Below, piece by piece: positions 19,719-29,475 of a DNA stretch of 64,000 nucleotides. The translations under genes and the position numbers were made by a program. Positions within the stretch are counted from its first letter, which is position 1, and every line of letters starts with the position of its first letter. The notes under the pieces were generated by a model. That model was not told where the DNA came from. It saw only the letters and a program-made list of their open reading frames with translations, and did no database searches. Source of the stretch: Candidatus Oxydemutatoraceae bacterium (lineage in GTDB: Bacteria; Pseudomonadota; Gammaproteobacteria; Poriferisulfidales; Oxydemutatoraceae); contig CBDCOZ010000003.1 in the NCBI GenBank assembly GCA_965220085.1, positions 64,001-128,000 on the forward strand, in the 5' to 3' direction.

Positions 19719-20714
19719 TTAGTCTCTTTTATACGGCATATTGCGAGACTTCTCTCTGTGAATAGCTGTTCTGATATGCCTTTCATTGAGGCGCTCCATT
19801 CCCGACAGTACCATATCTTTCGCGGCACGGCGTATGACTCTTTCAACATCGGCATGACTCATGCCATCAAACAAGTTGACAACACCGGTATCTTCAATTT
19901 CAAAGCTCCGGCGCAGACCGCGAAGTTTGATACTAAGAAGTTTCAATAATTGCTCTGTGTTCGGAGTTTCAAAAACCAACACCTCGTCAAAACGACGCCA
20001 CATCGCGCTGTCCAACATCTGTTCATGGTTAGTGGCGGCGACGATAATGCTCTTGCCATCATAATCATCCAGCATCTGAAGAAAGGCATTCACCGCTCTC
20101 TTGAGCTCGCCGTGTTCAGATTTTTCCGCTCTCTCTTTGGCAAGCGCATCAAACTCATCAAACAGGGCAACCACGGGTATGGTCGATATAAAGTCAAATA
20201 TCTGACGAAGGTTTGAGGCGGTCTCGCCCAAAAATGAAGAGATTACGCTATCTATCCTGATGACTGCCAAAGGCAAGTTGATTTCACTGGCCAGCACCTC
20301 GGCGGTCAGGGTTTTGCCACACCCGGGAGGACCGCAAAACAGTACTTTGTCTACAGGGAACAGTCCGTAACTTCCCAACAAATCTGCGCGATTGTGTTCC
20401 CGTATAACCTCCTGTACTGTAGAGCAGTTATCTTCGGTCAACACCACATCTTCCATACGCCTTTCGGGTTCCTTGATTTGCACCAAAGGCAACTTCTTTT
20501 CCTTGTCATACGGAATATGTTTGTCGAGCATTGAACTTAAAGGTGTTGCGGAGCTTCTGCGCCCATAAAGAATTTTTTCAAGATCGTTTGCCAACAAATG
20601 ATGTTTTTTAGCGCGCTCTTCCTCAATTAACTGTTCGGAAGCGCGCTTAAAGGCATCATAGTCGCCTTCCGCTCCCGTTTTGATAAGTTGCCTGAGTAAG
20701 CTAGCTGTGGCCAT
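19719..20714 (-). CDS. AAA family ATPase (IetA-like)
   Basis: GPPGCGKT, SSFLGETASNL, LFDEFDA, AATNH and LDSAMWRRFD motifs. Confidence 0.9.
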   Translation of the reverse strand: MATASLLRQLIKTGAEGDYDAFKRASEQLIEEERAKKHHLLANDLEKILYGRRSSATPLSSMLDKHIPYDKEKKLPLVQIKEPERRMEDVVLTEDNCSTVQEVIREHNRADLLGSYGLFPVDKVLFCGPPGCGKTLTAEVLASEINLPLAVIRIDSVISSFLGETASNLRQIFDFISTIPVVALFDEFDALAKERAEKSEHGELKRAVNAFLQMLDDYDGKSIIVAATNHEQMLDSAMWRRFDEVLVFETPNTEQLLKLLSIKLRGLRRSFEIEDTGVVNLFDGMSHADVERVIRRAAKDMVLSGMERLNERHIRTAIHREKSRNMPYKRD

Positions 20715-20725
20715 GACTACCTTCC

Positions 20726-23395
20726 CTAATTCTGCCGGCTGGGTACTTTGAGGGGGATAACGCGCAGCGATTCTATGCCGCGGTTGTCGATGATCTTAAC
20801 GGCAATGCGCTCGTAGTCACCCATGTGAAAAGGAATGGACTGGGTGCCGTGGTAGTAGTCCATCAGGTCTTCGTCTATGTTAGCGCGCAGGGCCTTAGCC
20901 AGACGGTTCCAGCCGTGCTTGGGGTCATTCTCCTTGTGGTCGGGGCAGGGGAAGAAGACCTGACGGGGGTATAGGCTGCGGCCGTCGTAGTCGGTGTCCA
21001 ACATCCAAACGGTTATGTCGGATTCATCGCCGGAGGTGAGTTCGCCGGTCTTGGTATCAAAGTAATCAAAGCCGTGCACGGCGACCTGCCACTTGCCTGT
21101 GTGGGGGCCGCTACGCAACAGGTGCAAGCGCACATCGGGTTGTCCGACAAGCCAGAAGCTGTCGCTGCCGGCCTGCTTTTTCTTCAGGTCGTGGGTTTGC
21201 ATATCGGTGTTCATCTGCGCCTTCAGCAGTTGCACGCCGGGCCAATCCGTCTCGTCTATGTCCTTAGCGGCCTCCGGGTCAAACTGGAATGCGGCAAAAA
21301 CGATGAGGTCGGGTTTGGGACGCATCTTCTCCGCCTCCTGTATGGCACTTTCCACCTGACGCGGATCCATCGGGGCGTGTTCGGGACCGAAACTTATCAT
21401 AACCCGTTGCGGTTGAGTGGCAGTATCGGACTCGCGTACCTGTCTTGTGCCGGAATCGTCAGGCCGAGTGGTGGCCTCGGCATGCAGGTAGCGGGTACCG
21501 GACATCGGTTCTATGTCGGCAAAACTGATGCGTTGGTTTTTCTTGCCGCGAATGCCGGACTTCAGTAGTTCGTCTCGCCATTCGGCATGGCGCACAGTCG
21601 CACCGCTACGGGCTATGGAGCGGTCGGCCTCGGGTGCGGTAGCGTCTACCCCTTTAGATTCCGTATCGCCCTTGGCATCACCTAAGGGCATCACCATCGG
21701 AGAGGGCACCGCCTCTACAGTAAAAGGCCCGGTCACCCGTGCACGCTTGCGGTCTGTCAGAGGCTGGTCGTAAATCAATGTCTCGGTGGTCGCGCCCTGT
21801 GCCAGCGTCTTGGGGGATACGGTGGCGACTGTCTTGTACTGCAAGCCGCCGCCAATACCCGTATCCTCATCAGCCAATTTGTAATAGTCAAAGGTTGCGG
21901 TCATCAGCCGTTGCTTGGCCAGTGCCAACGCCACGCGCGAGGTATCGCAGGTAATCCAGCGCCGTCCCCATTGCTCGGCGACAAGCGCCGAGGTGCCGCT
22001 GCCGCAAGTGATGTCCAACACCAGATCGCCGGGGTCGGTGCTCATCAGCAGGCAACGCTGTATGGCTTTTACGGCGGTTTCCACCACATAGCGCTTATCG
22101 CCGGGATACATCTGTGCGGGCCAGATATTGTTGATGCGCCGCCCAGGCACTTCATCCTCATATCGTTTCCACCTCAGCGAATTCTGACCTTCCAACGCTT
22201 CCAGCCTGCCTAAGGTTGCCAGGCGGTCCAAGTCCTCGTGGGATATCGACCAATGCCGGTTTTTGCCACAGGGAAAAGTCCTGCCATTCCACTCATATGG
22301 CTCTGAGCGTCCAGTGCCCGAAACACCTTGAGCATCCAGTCCTGTTCGCTGGTATATTCTCGCCTCTTCCGGAAGATGTTTATCGGGATCTATACGCTCT
22401 TTGCTATCCGGCTTGCGACATTTCCCGTCGGGCATTTCCACCATCACATCCCAATTAAAAAGATCTATCACTTCAGCACGGGTCAGTTGCTCATACAACT
22501 GGCGGTACTTGACCTGCTTTTTGTCTTTGGCATACCAGAGCAGATAGTCCGCCACTTCCGGCAGAGTTTTGGATGAGCTGCCGCTGGTGGTGGCAAAAGA
22601 GATAGTGGCGATGCAATTCTCAGCGCCGAATATTTCATCCAGCACCATGCTGACACGATGCACATTCTCATCGCCAATCTGCACGAAGATGCTGCCGCTG
22701 TCGGCCAGCAGTTCGCGCGCCAGCAGCAGGCGGTCGCGCATGTACGACAAGTAGGAATGGATGCCCAACTCCCAAGTATCGCGGAACGCCTTGATCATCT
22801 CCGGCTCGGAAGTCAGGTCTTCGTCCTTGCCGTCGGTGGCTTCGCGCTGGTCGACAAAAGGCTGGAAGTTGCTCTGGTATTTGATGCCGTACGGCGGGTC
22901 AAAATAAACCATCTGCACCTTGCCGCCCATGCTCTCTTTTTGTAACAGCGAGTTCATCACTAACAAACTATCGCCCGCCACAAAGCGGTTGCTCCAGCCG
23001 TCCTTGTGCTTGTAGAAATCCACTGCTTCGCGTAGCGGTCTGCGTTCCGCGAACATTTCAGTCTGTGCATCGCCATCGGACAGGCGCTTAGCCTGATTGA
23101 TGATGGTTCTGGGGTCTATGCGCTCATGCACATGCAAGCTGACTGTCTGCACATCAAAACTGGTGCGCTCGGCCTTACCCGCCCATTGCAGGGCCGGGTC
23201 AAGGTGCGGGTCGTAGCGGTAGGTCTGCTTCTCGTCCTTGTATGGGTCTGTGTCGGGACTGACTAATCCGGCTTGCGGAATGTTGGCGCGTTGCTCAGTG
23301 TTATGAACATACTGCCCGACCGCCGCCTTGCCCGTCTTGTCCGCCTTTGTCCGACCGCGCCCGGTAGGTTTCGCTTTGGTCGTTTTCTCTGCCAT
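20726..23395 (-). CDS. mod: Type III R-M DNA methyltransferase Mod subunit
   Basis: YFDPPYG motif IV and VLDITCGSGTS motif I (beta-class order). Co-oriented with res. Confidence 0.92.
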   Translation of the reverse strand: MAEKTTKAKPTGRGRTKADKTGKAAVGQYVHNTEQRANIPQAGLVSPDTDPYKDEKQTYRYDPHLDPALQWAGKAERTSFDVQTVSLHVHERIDPRTIINQAKRLSDGDAQTEMFAERRPLREAVDFYKHKDGWSNRFVAGDSLLVMNSLLQKESMGGKVQMVYFDPPYGIKYQSNFQPFVDQREATDGKDEDLTSEPEMIKAFRDTWELGIHSYLSYMRDRLLLARELLADSGSIFVQIGDENVHRVSMVLDEIFGAENCIATISFATTSGSSSKTLPEVADYLLWYAKDKKQVKYRQLYEQLTRAEVIDLFNWDVMVEMPDGKCRKPDSKERIDPDKHLPEEARIYQRTGLDAQGVSGTGRSEPYEWNGRTFPCGKNRHWSISHEDLDRLATLGRLEALEGQNSLRWKRYEDEVPGRRINNIWPAQMYPGDKRYVVETAVKAIQRCLLMSTDPGDLVLDITCGSGTSALVAEQWGRRWITCDTSRVALALAKQRLMTATFDYYKLADEDTGIGGGLQYKTVATVSPKTLAQGATTETLIYDQPLTDRKRARVTGPFTVEAVPSPMVMPLGDAKGDTESKGVDATAPEADRSIARSGATVRHAEWRDELLKSGIRGKKNQRISFADIEPMSGTRYLHAEATTRPDDSGTRQVRESDTATQPQRVMISFGPEHAPMDPRQVESAIQEAEKMRPKPDLIVFAAFQFDPEAAKDIDETDWPGVQLLKAQMNTDMQTHDLKKKQAGSDSFWLVGQPDVRLHLLRSGPHTGKWQVAVHGFDYFDTKTGELTSGDESDITVWMLDTDYDGRSLYPRQVFFPCPDHKENDPKHGWNRLAKALRANIDEDLMDYYHGTQSIPFHMGDYERIAVKIIDNRGIESLRVIPLKVPSRQN

Positions 23396-23631
23396 GGGGG
23401 TTTGGTGCCTCGCCTGAAAAGTCCCATATTATCAAAAACGGTACGCTAATACTATGTTCAGGGTGCGCTTTTTGATTTAAGGAGATGGTTTGGATTACGG
23501 CATCTTGAGCAGTCGTCGCCAAAGTTCTGATGCTTTTTGCGGCGAGCCATGTTCTCTTCATATGTTGCCCGTGATATTTCGGCGTATCGCGGTATCGCCC
23601 CGGCCGCTCTGCCTCTGCGCGGCATGACTCG

Positions 23632-24204
23632 TCATCTCGCCAGACCGAGCGCTTCGAGCAGTATGGCAAGGTCGGGATTCAGGGGACTCTTTGCGGCTCT
23701 GCATACATCTGCAAGCGTTATGCGTTTTTTCAAGTCCATGGCTGCCATTCCCTTTTTGTATTTAGGCCACACCTTCTCCAGACATTTCAATGCTTCCTCG
23801 CTTGTCGGAGGATCATCATTTTCATGATCTTTGAAATGGCGCAAAAGAACCGACTCAAAACATGTGTCTTGCCAAATCAAGATTAGTTCATCCTTTTCGG
23901 CAATGCGTTGCGCCTCTTTTTTGTGGTTGGCATTCGTAAGCTGATCCGTATCCAGCAACAGGAATCTGCCTTTGGAGGAACTTTCCTTCTTGTCGCGTTC
24001 AATACTCCCAATGGTTAGCACGGCCTTGTTAACCAGTTGCATAGGGTCACCGTATGTGTCCATTACTTTGGCAAGAATATGGATGTGTAACTCGTCGTCA
24101 CTATCAGCAAATTTTTGTAGCAGGGCAACATAGCCTTGTTCGCTTTTCCCTTCACAGGCGACAAAGAAGACCTTGCGGCGGGGAACTATTGGGTGCCTAG
24201 TCAT
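23632..24204 (-). CDS. RloB-like (AbiLii-like) protein
   Basis: VACEGKSEQGY, LLDTD and CFESVLLRHF. Coupled to the upstream ATPase. Confidence 0.8.
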   Translation of the reverse strand: MTRHPIVPRRKVFFVACEGKSEQGYVALLQKFADSDDELHIHILAKVMDTYGDPMQLVNKAVLTIGSIERDKKESSSKGRFLLLDTDQLTNANHKKEAQRIAEKDELILIWQDTCFESVLLRHFKDHENDDPPTSEEALKCLEKVWPKYKKGMAAMDLKKRITLADVCRAAKSPLNPDLAILLEALGLAR

Positions 24205-25427
24205 CAGCCGATGGTAGGCACCGCGCCATATTCGCCGCTCAAGTATTTGCCAAAGAAATCCTCCTCGCGGCGAACCCCTTCAATGTCTGCCAGCCCATAC
24301 ACCGAGGTGTGCCCCTGTGCATCCTTCTCGCAAAGCAATACCTCTTCCTTGGTGAGTTCCCGAAGCAGAGTGGTCGAATGGCACGTCATCCAGAGTTGGG
24401 CACCACGCGGATTGTGTTCCTTGCTATTGAACCAGCGCAATATCTCTAGCAGAATGAGTGGATGAATAGCGGCATCAAAATCATCAATCACGGCTATGCC
24501 ACCAGTAGCAAGTGCCGCAAAAATATATGGAAGCTCTTTTATGACTTGGCGCGTTCCATGGCTCTCCCGCTCAAAAGATATAGGATAATCCAGTCCCGAA
24601 TGTTGGAATTGCAGTTGGGATTTAGAATTTGATTTGTCTATGGTCACATCTTCAATGCCGAAGTCAATGCGCCTTGCTATCTCCTTCAGTTGCTCCAGAA
24701 GAACTTGAGGGTGGCTTTCGTAGCGATGTACCGTTAAGTCATCGTCATCCTCAAATCGACTAATAAAGATGTTGTTGTGCGATTGTGAGTTAATTGAACG
24801 GCTCCAATGTTCAGCGACCGTGTGGTTCAATTGCGCCAGAGTGGAAATCACGCTGGCATTATCGCGCAATACTTGCTCTAACAGGTTCTTTATTTGAGTC
24901 GTCATAAATCCCTTTGCGCACTTAGTGATTTTGTTTTCTTTGCGCTCAAAAATTGTTGTCGGTTTGCCATGCCCTCTGGGTTTGTAGCTCATCTTCTCCA
25001 GCACAACATGTTCAGGTTTTTTCTCACCGCGAGGAGACAAAACCAGTTCATATGTGTAAGGGCATAGCAGTCCTTCGCCTGAAATGTTTTGGAAATCCGC
25101 ATATGCAGAGAAAGAAAGAGCTAACTTTGATGGGCTGGCAATTTTTTTACTGTTATTAAATTTTTCGTAGGGTAGCGGTAAATCAATTCGTTTATCAAAA
25201 CTGTTTGCCCTAAAATCTAAGCTAAAGATGATGGCTCGTAGCACATTGGACTTACCCGAAGCATTGGGGCCAAACAAGGTAACCACATTAGGCACACGTT
25301 CTTCGGAGCCTTCGTAGATTGGCGACAGGCGCCCCAGTTCGTCCCTTACTGACTTGCGGGCACGCAGGTCTATTACCTGACGCTCGCCGATAGAATAGAA
25401 GTTTTCAATTTCAACCTTGTATAGCAT
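24204..25427 (-). CDS. RloA/AbiLi-like AAA_21 ATPase
   Basis: ENFYSI, FGPNASGKSN, ESHGT, IDDFDAAIHP, AQLWMTCH and YLSGEYGAVP. Confidence 0.85.
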   Translation of the reverse strand: MLYKVEIENFYSIGERQVIDLRARKSVRDELGRLSPIYEGSEERVPNVVTLFGPNASGKSNVLRAIIFSLDFRANSFDKRIDLPLPYEKFNNSKKIASPSKLALSFSAYADFQNISGEGLLCPYTYELVLSPRGEKKPEHVVLEKMSYKPRGHGKPTTIFERKENKITKCAKGFMTTQIKNLLEQVLRDNASVISTLAQLNHTVAEHWSRSINSQSHNNIFISRFEDDDDLTVHRYESHPQVLLEQLKEIARRIDFGIEDVTIDKSNSKSQLQFQHSGLDYPISFERESHGTRQVIKELPYIFAALATGGIAVIDDFDAAIHPLILLEILRWFNSKEHNPRGAQLWMTCHSTTLLRELTKEEVLLCEKDAQGHTSVYGLADIEGVRREEDFFGKYLSGEYGAVPTIG

Positions 25428-25613
25428 GATTATCCTCCATAGGACGTATATTATTGCGCTATAGTATCACTTCCAACTATATTTCGTCAAACATAGGATT
25501 ATATGAAACTAAACAGCCATATAAAACCGCATATTCCCCGTCACCGCATCCCGGACATGTCCCCGGTGTAGCCTGTAGCGGGGAGATACCACCGCAAGCG
25601 GGGGGCATAAAAC

Positions 25614-25935
25614 GCCCGTTTGTCGGGCATACATAATCGTGCTTTTGGCGAAGTCTATGCACAACTACGAATATCCGGAGGCGTTTTGCAAGGCAACCGA
25701 AGCCGTGCCAGGAGCCCCCTTGTAAGCGATTGAAAACACTGTGCATTTTGCGACCCATAAAAGGAATACCGTCAAATCACGAAGACGAAAAAGGGAGCAG
25801 TTGGACTCAGATAACAGGTTATCCACAACTCTATGCACAGAGAATGGGGATAGCAGCCTGCCCTTCGGGCGGCAAAGAAGCCGCTTTATCGGGGAGCATC
25901 GGGTGATGGCACCCAACGCCTCTTTGCGGGTTGCT
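25614..25935 (+). repeat. Copy B (about 320 bp) of the priA promoter region and first codons
   Basis: Colinear with 26929-27249, including the first about 10 priA codons. Contains TTATCCACA at 25819-25827. Confidence 0.9.
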
Positions 25936-26208
25936 ACTTGCGCATCAATGCAATCAATACCATATATCGCATGTCCATTCATCAAAGTCACCGTAGAACT
26001 TGCCACTGCTATCGCTTCGTTATGTGTTCCGTGTATTCAGGAAACACTTTGACAATTATTCATGTGCGACGCGGTGTTTTGCGGCACGTGATAGAATGCA
26101 GAGCTTACAGAGCCTTTGCCACTTTTTATGCTTGGTCCGTATAAACCGCTCACAGATAATAATGGAAGTCTTTGAAAAATTCCTGTGCGCAGAATCAGAA
26201 AGCGAAGC

Positions 26209-26292
26209 AGATTGCATATAGGCAACGCGGTGCCGCCCAAATTTGCGAAAGCGGTTGGCGAAGCGATAGAGCGATATAAAACCGCCTGCTAA
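26209..26292 (+). pseudogene. C-terminal remnant of a C5-cytosine DNA methyltransferase
   Basis: Reads RLHIGNAVPPKFAKAVGEAIERYKTAC* (motif X, GNAVP), directly upstream of vsr. Confidence 0.7.
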
Positions 26293-26308
26293 GAGACAAG
26301 GTTATTAA

Positions 26309-26740
26309 GTGGACATCTATAGCAAAGAAAAACGTTCTTCGGTGATGCGGTGCATAAAGGATTCGGGCAATGCCTCTACGGAGTTAAAATTTCTCTCGGT
26401 CATGAAGCAATATAAATTGACCGGTTGGCGACGAAATTTTCCCGCTTACGGAAGGCCCGATTTCGTTTTCCCAAAAGAGAAAATAGCTGTGTTTGTAGAC
26501 GGATGTTTTTGGCACGGATGCCCGAAGCACAAACAAATACCCGAGACAAATACGGAATACTGGCGCGATAAAATCCGCAAAAACAGACAGAGAGACAGAA
26601 GAGTCACACGCGTTTTGCGGAATTCCGGTTGGTCTGTGATGCGCGTGTGGGAACACGAACTGACCGAGAAAAAGATAAAGCGCAGAATGCTCATGCTGGA
26701 GAAACTGCTGGAGCGCCGCGGCTATCGGAGCAAACGATGA
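26309..26740 (+). CDS. vsr: Very short patch repair endonuclease
   Basis: KRSSVMRCIK, GRPDFVF, FVDGCFWHGCP, YWRDKI and GWSVMRVWEHE. Confidence 0.92.
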   Translation: MDIYSKEKRSSVMRCIKDSGNASTELKFLSVMKQYKLTGWRRNFPAYGRPDFVFPKEKIAVFVDGCFWHGCPKHKQIPETNTEYWRDKIRKNRQRDRRVTRVLRNSGWSVMRVWEHELTEKKIKRRMLMLEKLLERRGYRSKR

Positions 26741-26928
26741 TGAGCGATGTTCAATTGGAACCGACACGATAGGCGCTTGGATGACGCCACTGCCATGCCT
26801 GCCAAGCCCGAGCCGGATAAATACGGATGGATTCGGATACTGTGCGCAAGTCACATGCGTGCTCACAAAAAGGCGACGCTCATGAGCGCCGCCGTAGCGT
26901 TGCGAGACTACGATCGTTTGCACACAAT

Positions 26929-27249
26929 GCCCGTTTGTCGGGCATATATAATCATGTCTTTAGCAAAGCCTATGCACAGCTACAAATATCCGGAGGCGTT
27001 TTGCAAGGCAACCGAAGCCATGTCGGGAGCCCCTTGTAAGCGATTGAAAGCATTATGCATTTTGCAACCCATAAAAGGAATACCGTCAAATCATGAAGAC
27101 AAAAAAAGGAAGCAGTTTGACCAGATGACAAGTTACCCACAACTTTGCGCACAGGAATCGCGGATAGCAACCTGCCCTTCGGGTCGCAAAGCAGCCGCTT
27201 TATCGGGGAGCATCGGGTGATGGCGACCAACGCCTCTTTGCGAGTTGCT
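26929..27249 (+). promoter_or_regulatory. priA upstream region (native copy C) with TATAAT and DnaA-box-like sites
   Basis: TATAAT at 26947-26952, TTACCCACA at 27133-27141, GGGGAG RBS before ATG 27220. Confidence 0.55.
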
Positions 27250-29421
27250 GTTTTCGGCTCCGCAACCCTCTGTCTGGAGTACGCTCCCGCCCCGCAGCAA
27301 ACGGCGGCGCCCGGCTGTCGGGTGCGGGTACCGCTCAACAAAAGCGCCAGAGTAGGCATGGTGCTGGAGGTCTTGGACGAAGCAAGCATAGACGCCGGCA
27401 AACTGCTTCCGGTAAGCGAGGCGCTGGATGACGAACCCATCGTTCCCGATCACTTGCTGTCGCTGCTGCGATGGATGGCGGATTACTACCACTACTCTTT
27501 TAACGGGGTGCTGTGTGTCGCCCTGCCGGATGCGATACGCAGAGGCAAGCCGCTGGAAGCCGAGCGCACGGTTTGGGAATGTTGCCCTGATGCGGATGCC
27601 GCCATACCCGCGCGCGCAAAAAAGCAAAAGGCTTTGTATGAGTTGCTGGCGAGCGACGGGCCGCTTGACGAGCAGACTATCAGCAGCCACTTCGGCGGCT
27701 GGCAAAAGCCGCTGCAAGCATTGGCGGCGAAGGGAGCCGCCCGTTGCCGCAAGGCGGAGCGCGCCGATGAAAAGACCCCTCAAGAGATAGGTCACGATCT
27801 CAATGCCGAGCAGGCGGCGGCGGTGGCGGCGGTGCGCGGCGCGGCGGACCGTTTCGGTTGCTACTTGCTGGAAGGGGTTACGGGAAGTGGCAAGACCGAA
27901 GTGTATTTAAACCTGTGCGCCGACGCCATCGCCTCGCAGCGGCAGGCGCTGGCGCTGGTGCCGGAAATCGGTTTAATCCCGCAGACCATATCCCGTTTCC
28001 GCAAACGCCTTGGCGGCGGCGTCATGAGTTTTCACTCCGCTCTGACCCCATCCGCTCGCGCGCAGTGTTGGAGCGCGGTATCTCTGGGCCGCGTGAGCGT
28101 GGTTGTTGGCACCCGCTCGGCAATCTTTTTGCCCTTCCAAAACTTAGGGCTCATCATCGTTGACGAAGAACACGACGCGTCATACAAACAAGACGCCTTC
28201 GGCGGGCAACGCGAGCGCCTCTGCTATCACGCCCGCGATGTGGCGGTCAAGCGCGCCCGCGATGCGAACATACCGGTCGTGCTCGGCAGCGCGACCGCAT
28301 CGCTTGAATCGCTTCGCAACGCCGCCGACGGCAAGTATCGCCGCCTCAGCCTGCCCCGCCGGGTCGGGCAATTTGCCCAGCCGGCGTATCGCATAATCGA
28401 TATGCGCGCGCAGCAATCGCTGGCGGGCATGTCAGAGGCGCTGGTCAATGCCATGCGCGAGAAGCTCGCCGCCGACGAACAAGTGTTGCTGTTTATCAAC
28501 CGCCGCGGCTACGCGCCGGTGACCTTGTGCGAAGCGTGCGGGGAAGTGCTGGACTGCGAGCGTTGCGATACGCACATGACATATCACCTCCACGACAAAA
28601 AGTTGCGCTGTCACCAGTGCGGCAAGGCGACCCCGGTTCCGCCCAAATGTCCGGCTTGCGGCGCCAGCCGTTTGCGCCCGGCGGGAGTTGCGATCGAACA
28701 GATCGAAGAAGCGTTGCGGGCATTGTTCCCCGCCGTCGGCATCGTCCGCTTTGACAGCGATGCGGTGCGCAGGAAGGACCAACTTGAGGAGTTGTTTGAC
28801 AGAGTGCACAAACGCCGCGCGCGCATTCTGCTCGGCACCCAAATGCTGATCAAAGGGCATCACTTCACCGGCGTGACTCTGGTCGGCGTTATCAATGTCG
28901 ATAACAGCCTGTTCTCTTCCGACTTCAGAGCGGTGGAACGTCTGGCCCAAGTGGTCATCCAAGTCGGCGGTCGCGCCGGTCGCGGCGAAGCCCCGGGCGA
29001 AGTGATGATACAGACCCATCACCCCGAGCACCCGCACTTGCGCTCGTTATTGCAAGACGGCTACGCGGTGTTTGCAAAAAGACTTCTCGCCGAGCGCGCA
29101 TCGACCGAGTTGCCGCCGTATTATCGTTGCGCGGTATTTCGCGCCGAAGCGGTGCGCATCGAAGAAGCGATGAAGTTCTTATCGCAAGTCGCGCGGCTTG
29201 CGGCGCGAACCCAAGGCAGCGAGGCGGTTCGGTTGTATGCCCCGATGCCGGCGACGATGGAAAAACGACAAGGGCTTTACCGCGCGCGGCTTGTGGTCAA
29301 GGCGCGGCAAGGCGCGGCATTACAACGGTTTCTGACCGCCTTGCTCCCTCGGATCAAGCCCCCCCCAAGCGGTGCGCCGGCGCGTTGGCATATTGATGTG
29401 GACCCGATTGAGTTTGACTAA
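27220..29421 (+). CDS. priA: Primosomal protein N' (replication restart helicase)
   Basis: GVTGSGKTEVY, VDEEHD, NRRGYA, Cys-rich Zn region and QVGGRAGR. Confidence 0.97.
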   Translation: MATNASLRVAVFGSATLCLEYAPAPQQTAAPGCRVRVPLNKSARVGMVLEVLDEASIDAGKLLPVSEALDDEPIVPDHLLSLLRWMADYYHYSFNGVLCVALPDAIRRGKPLEAERTVWECCPDADAAIPARAKKQKALYELLASDGPLDEQTISSHFGGWQKPLQALAAKGAARCRKAERADEKTPQEIGHDLNAEQAAAVAAVRGAADRFGCYLLEGVTGSGKTEVYLNLCADAIASQRQALALVPEIGLIPQTISRFRKRLGGGVMSFHSALTPSARAQCWSAVSLGRVSVVVGTRSAIFLPFQNLGLIIVDEEHDASYKQDAFGGQRERLCYHARDVAVKRARDANIPVVLGSATASLESLRNAADGKYRRLSLPRRVGQFAQPAYRIIDMRAQQSLAGMSEALVNAMREKLAADEQVLLFINRRGYAPVTLCEACGEVLDCERCDTHMTYHLHDKKLRCHQCGKATPVPPKCPACGASRLRPAGVAIEQIEEALRALFPAVGIVRFDSDAVRRKDQLEELFDRVHKRRARILLGTQMLIKGHHFTGVTLVGVINVDNSLFSSDFRAVERLAQVVIQVGGRAGRGEAPGEVMIQTHHPEHPHLRSLLQDGYAVFAKRLLAERASTELPPYYRCAVFRAEAVRIEEAMKFLSQVARLAARTQGSEAVRLYAPMPATMEKRQGLYRARLVVKARQGAALQRFLTALLPRIKPPPSGAPARWHIDVDPIEFD

Positions 29422-29475
29422 AGCCCATGCTTTGCGCCCGGCAACAAGCGACAACACGGTAAAATAGCGACCGAT

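Noticed and set aside
25819-25839. Replication origin (oriC)
   Set aside because: Only one perfect DnaA box, inside a duplicated leader, with no box cluster, AT-rich unwinding element or dnaA/gidA context.
25454-27220. Short ORFs around the priA-leader repeats (e.g. 26747-27220, 25665-26006)
   Set aside because: They are translations of repeated non-coding leader sequence, and the frames are not conserved between copies.
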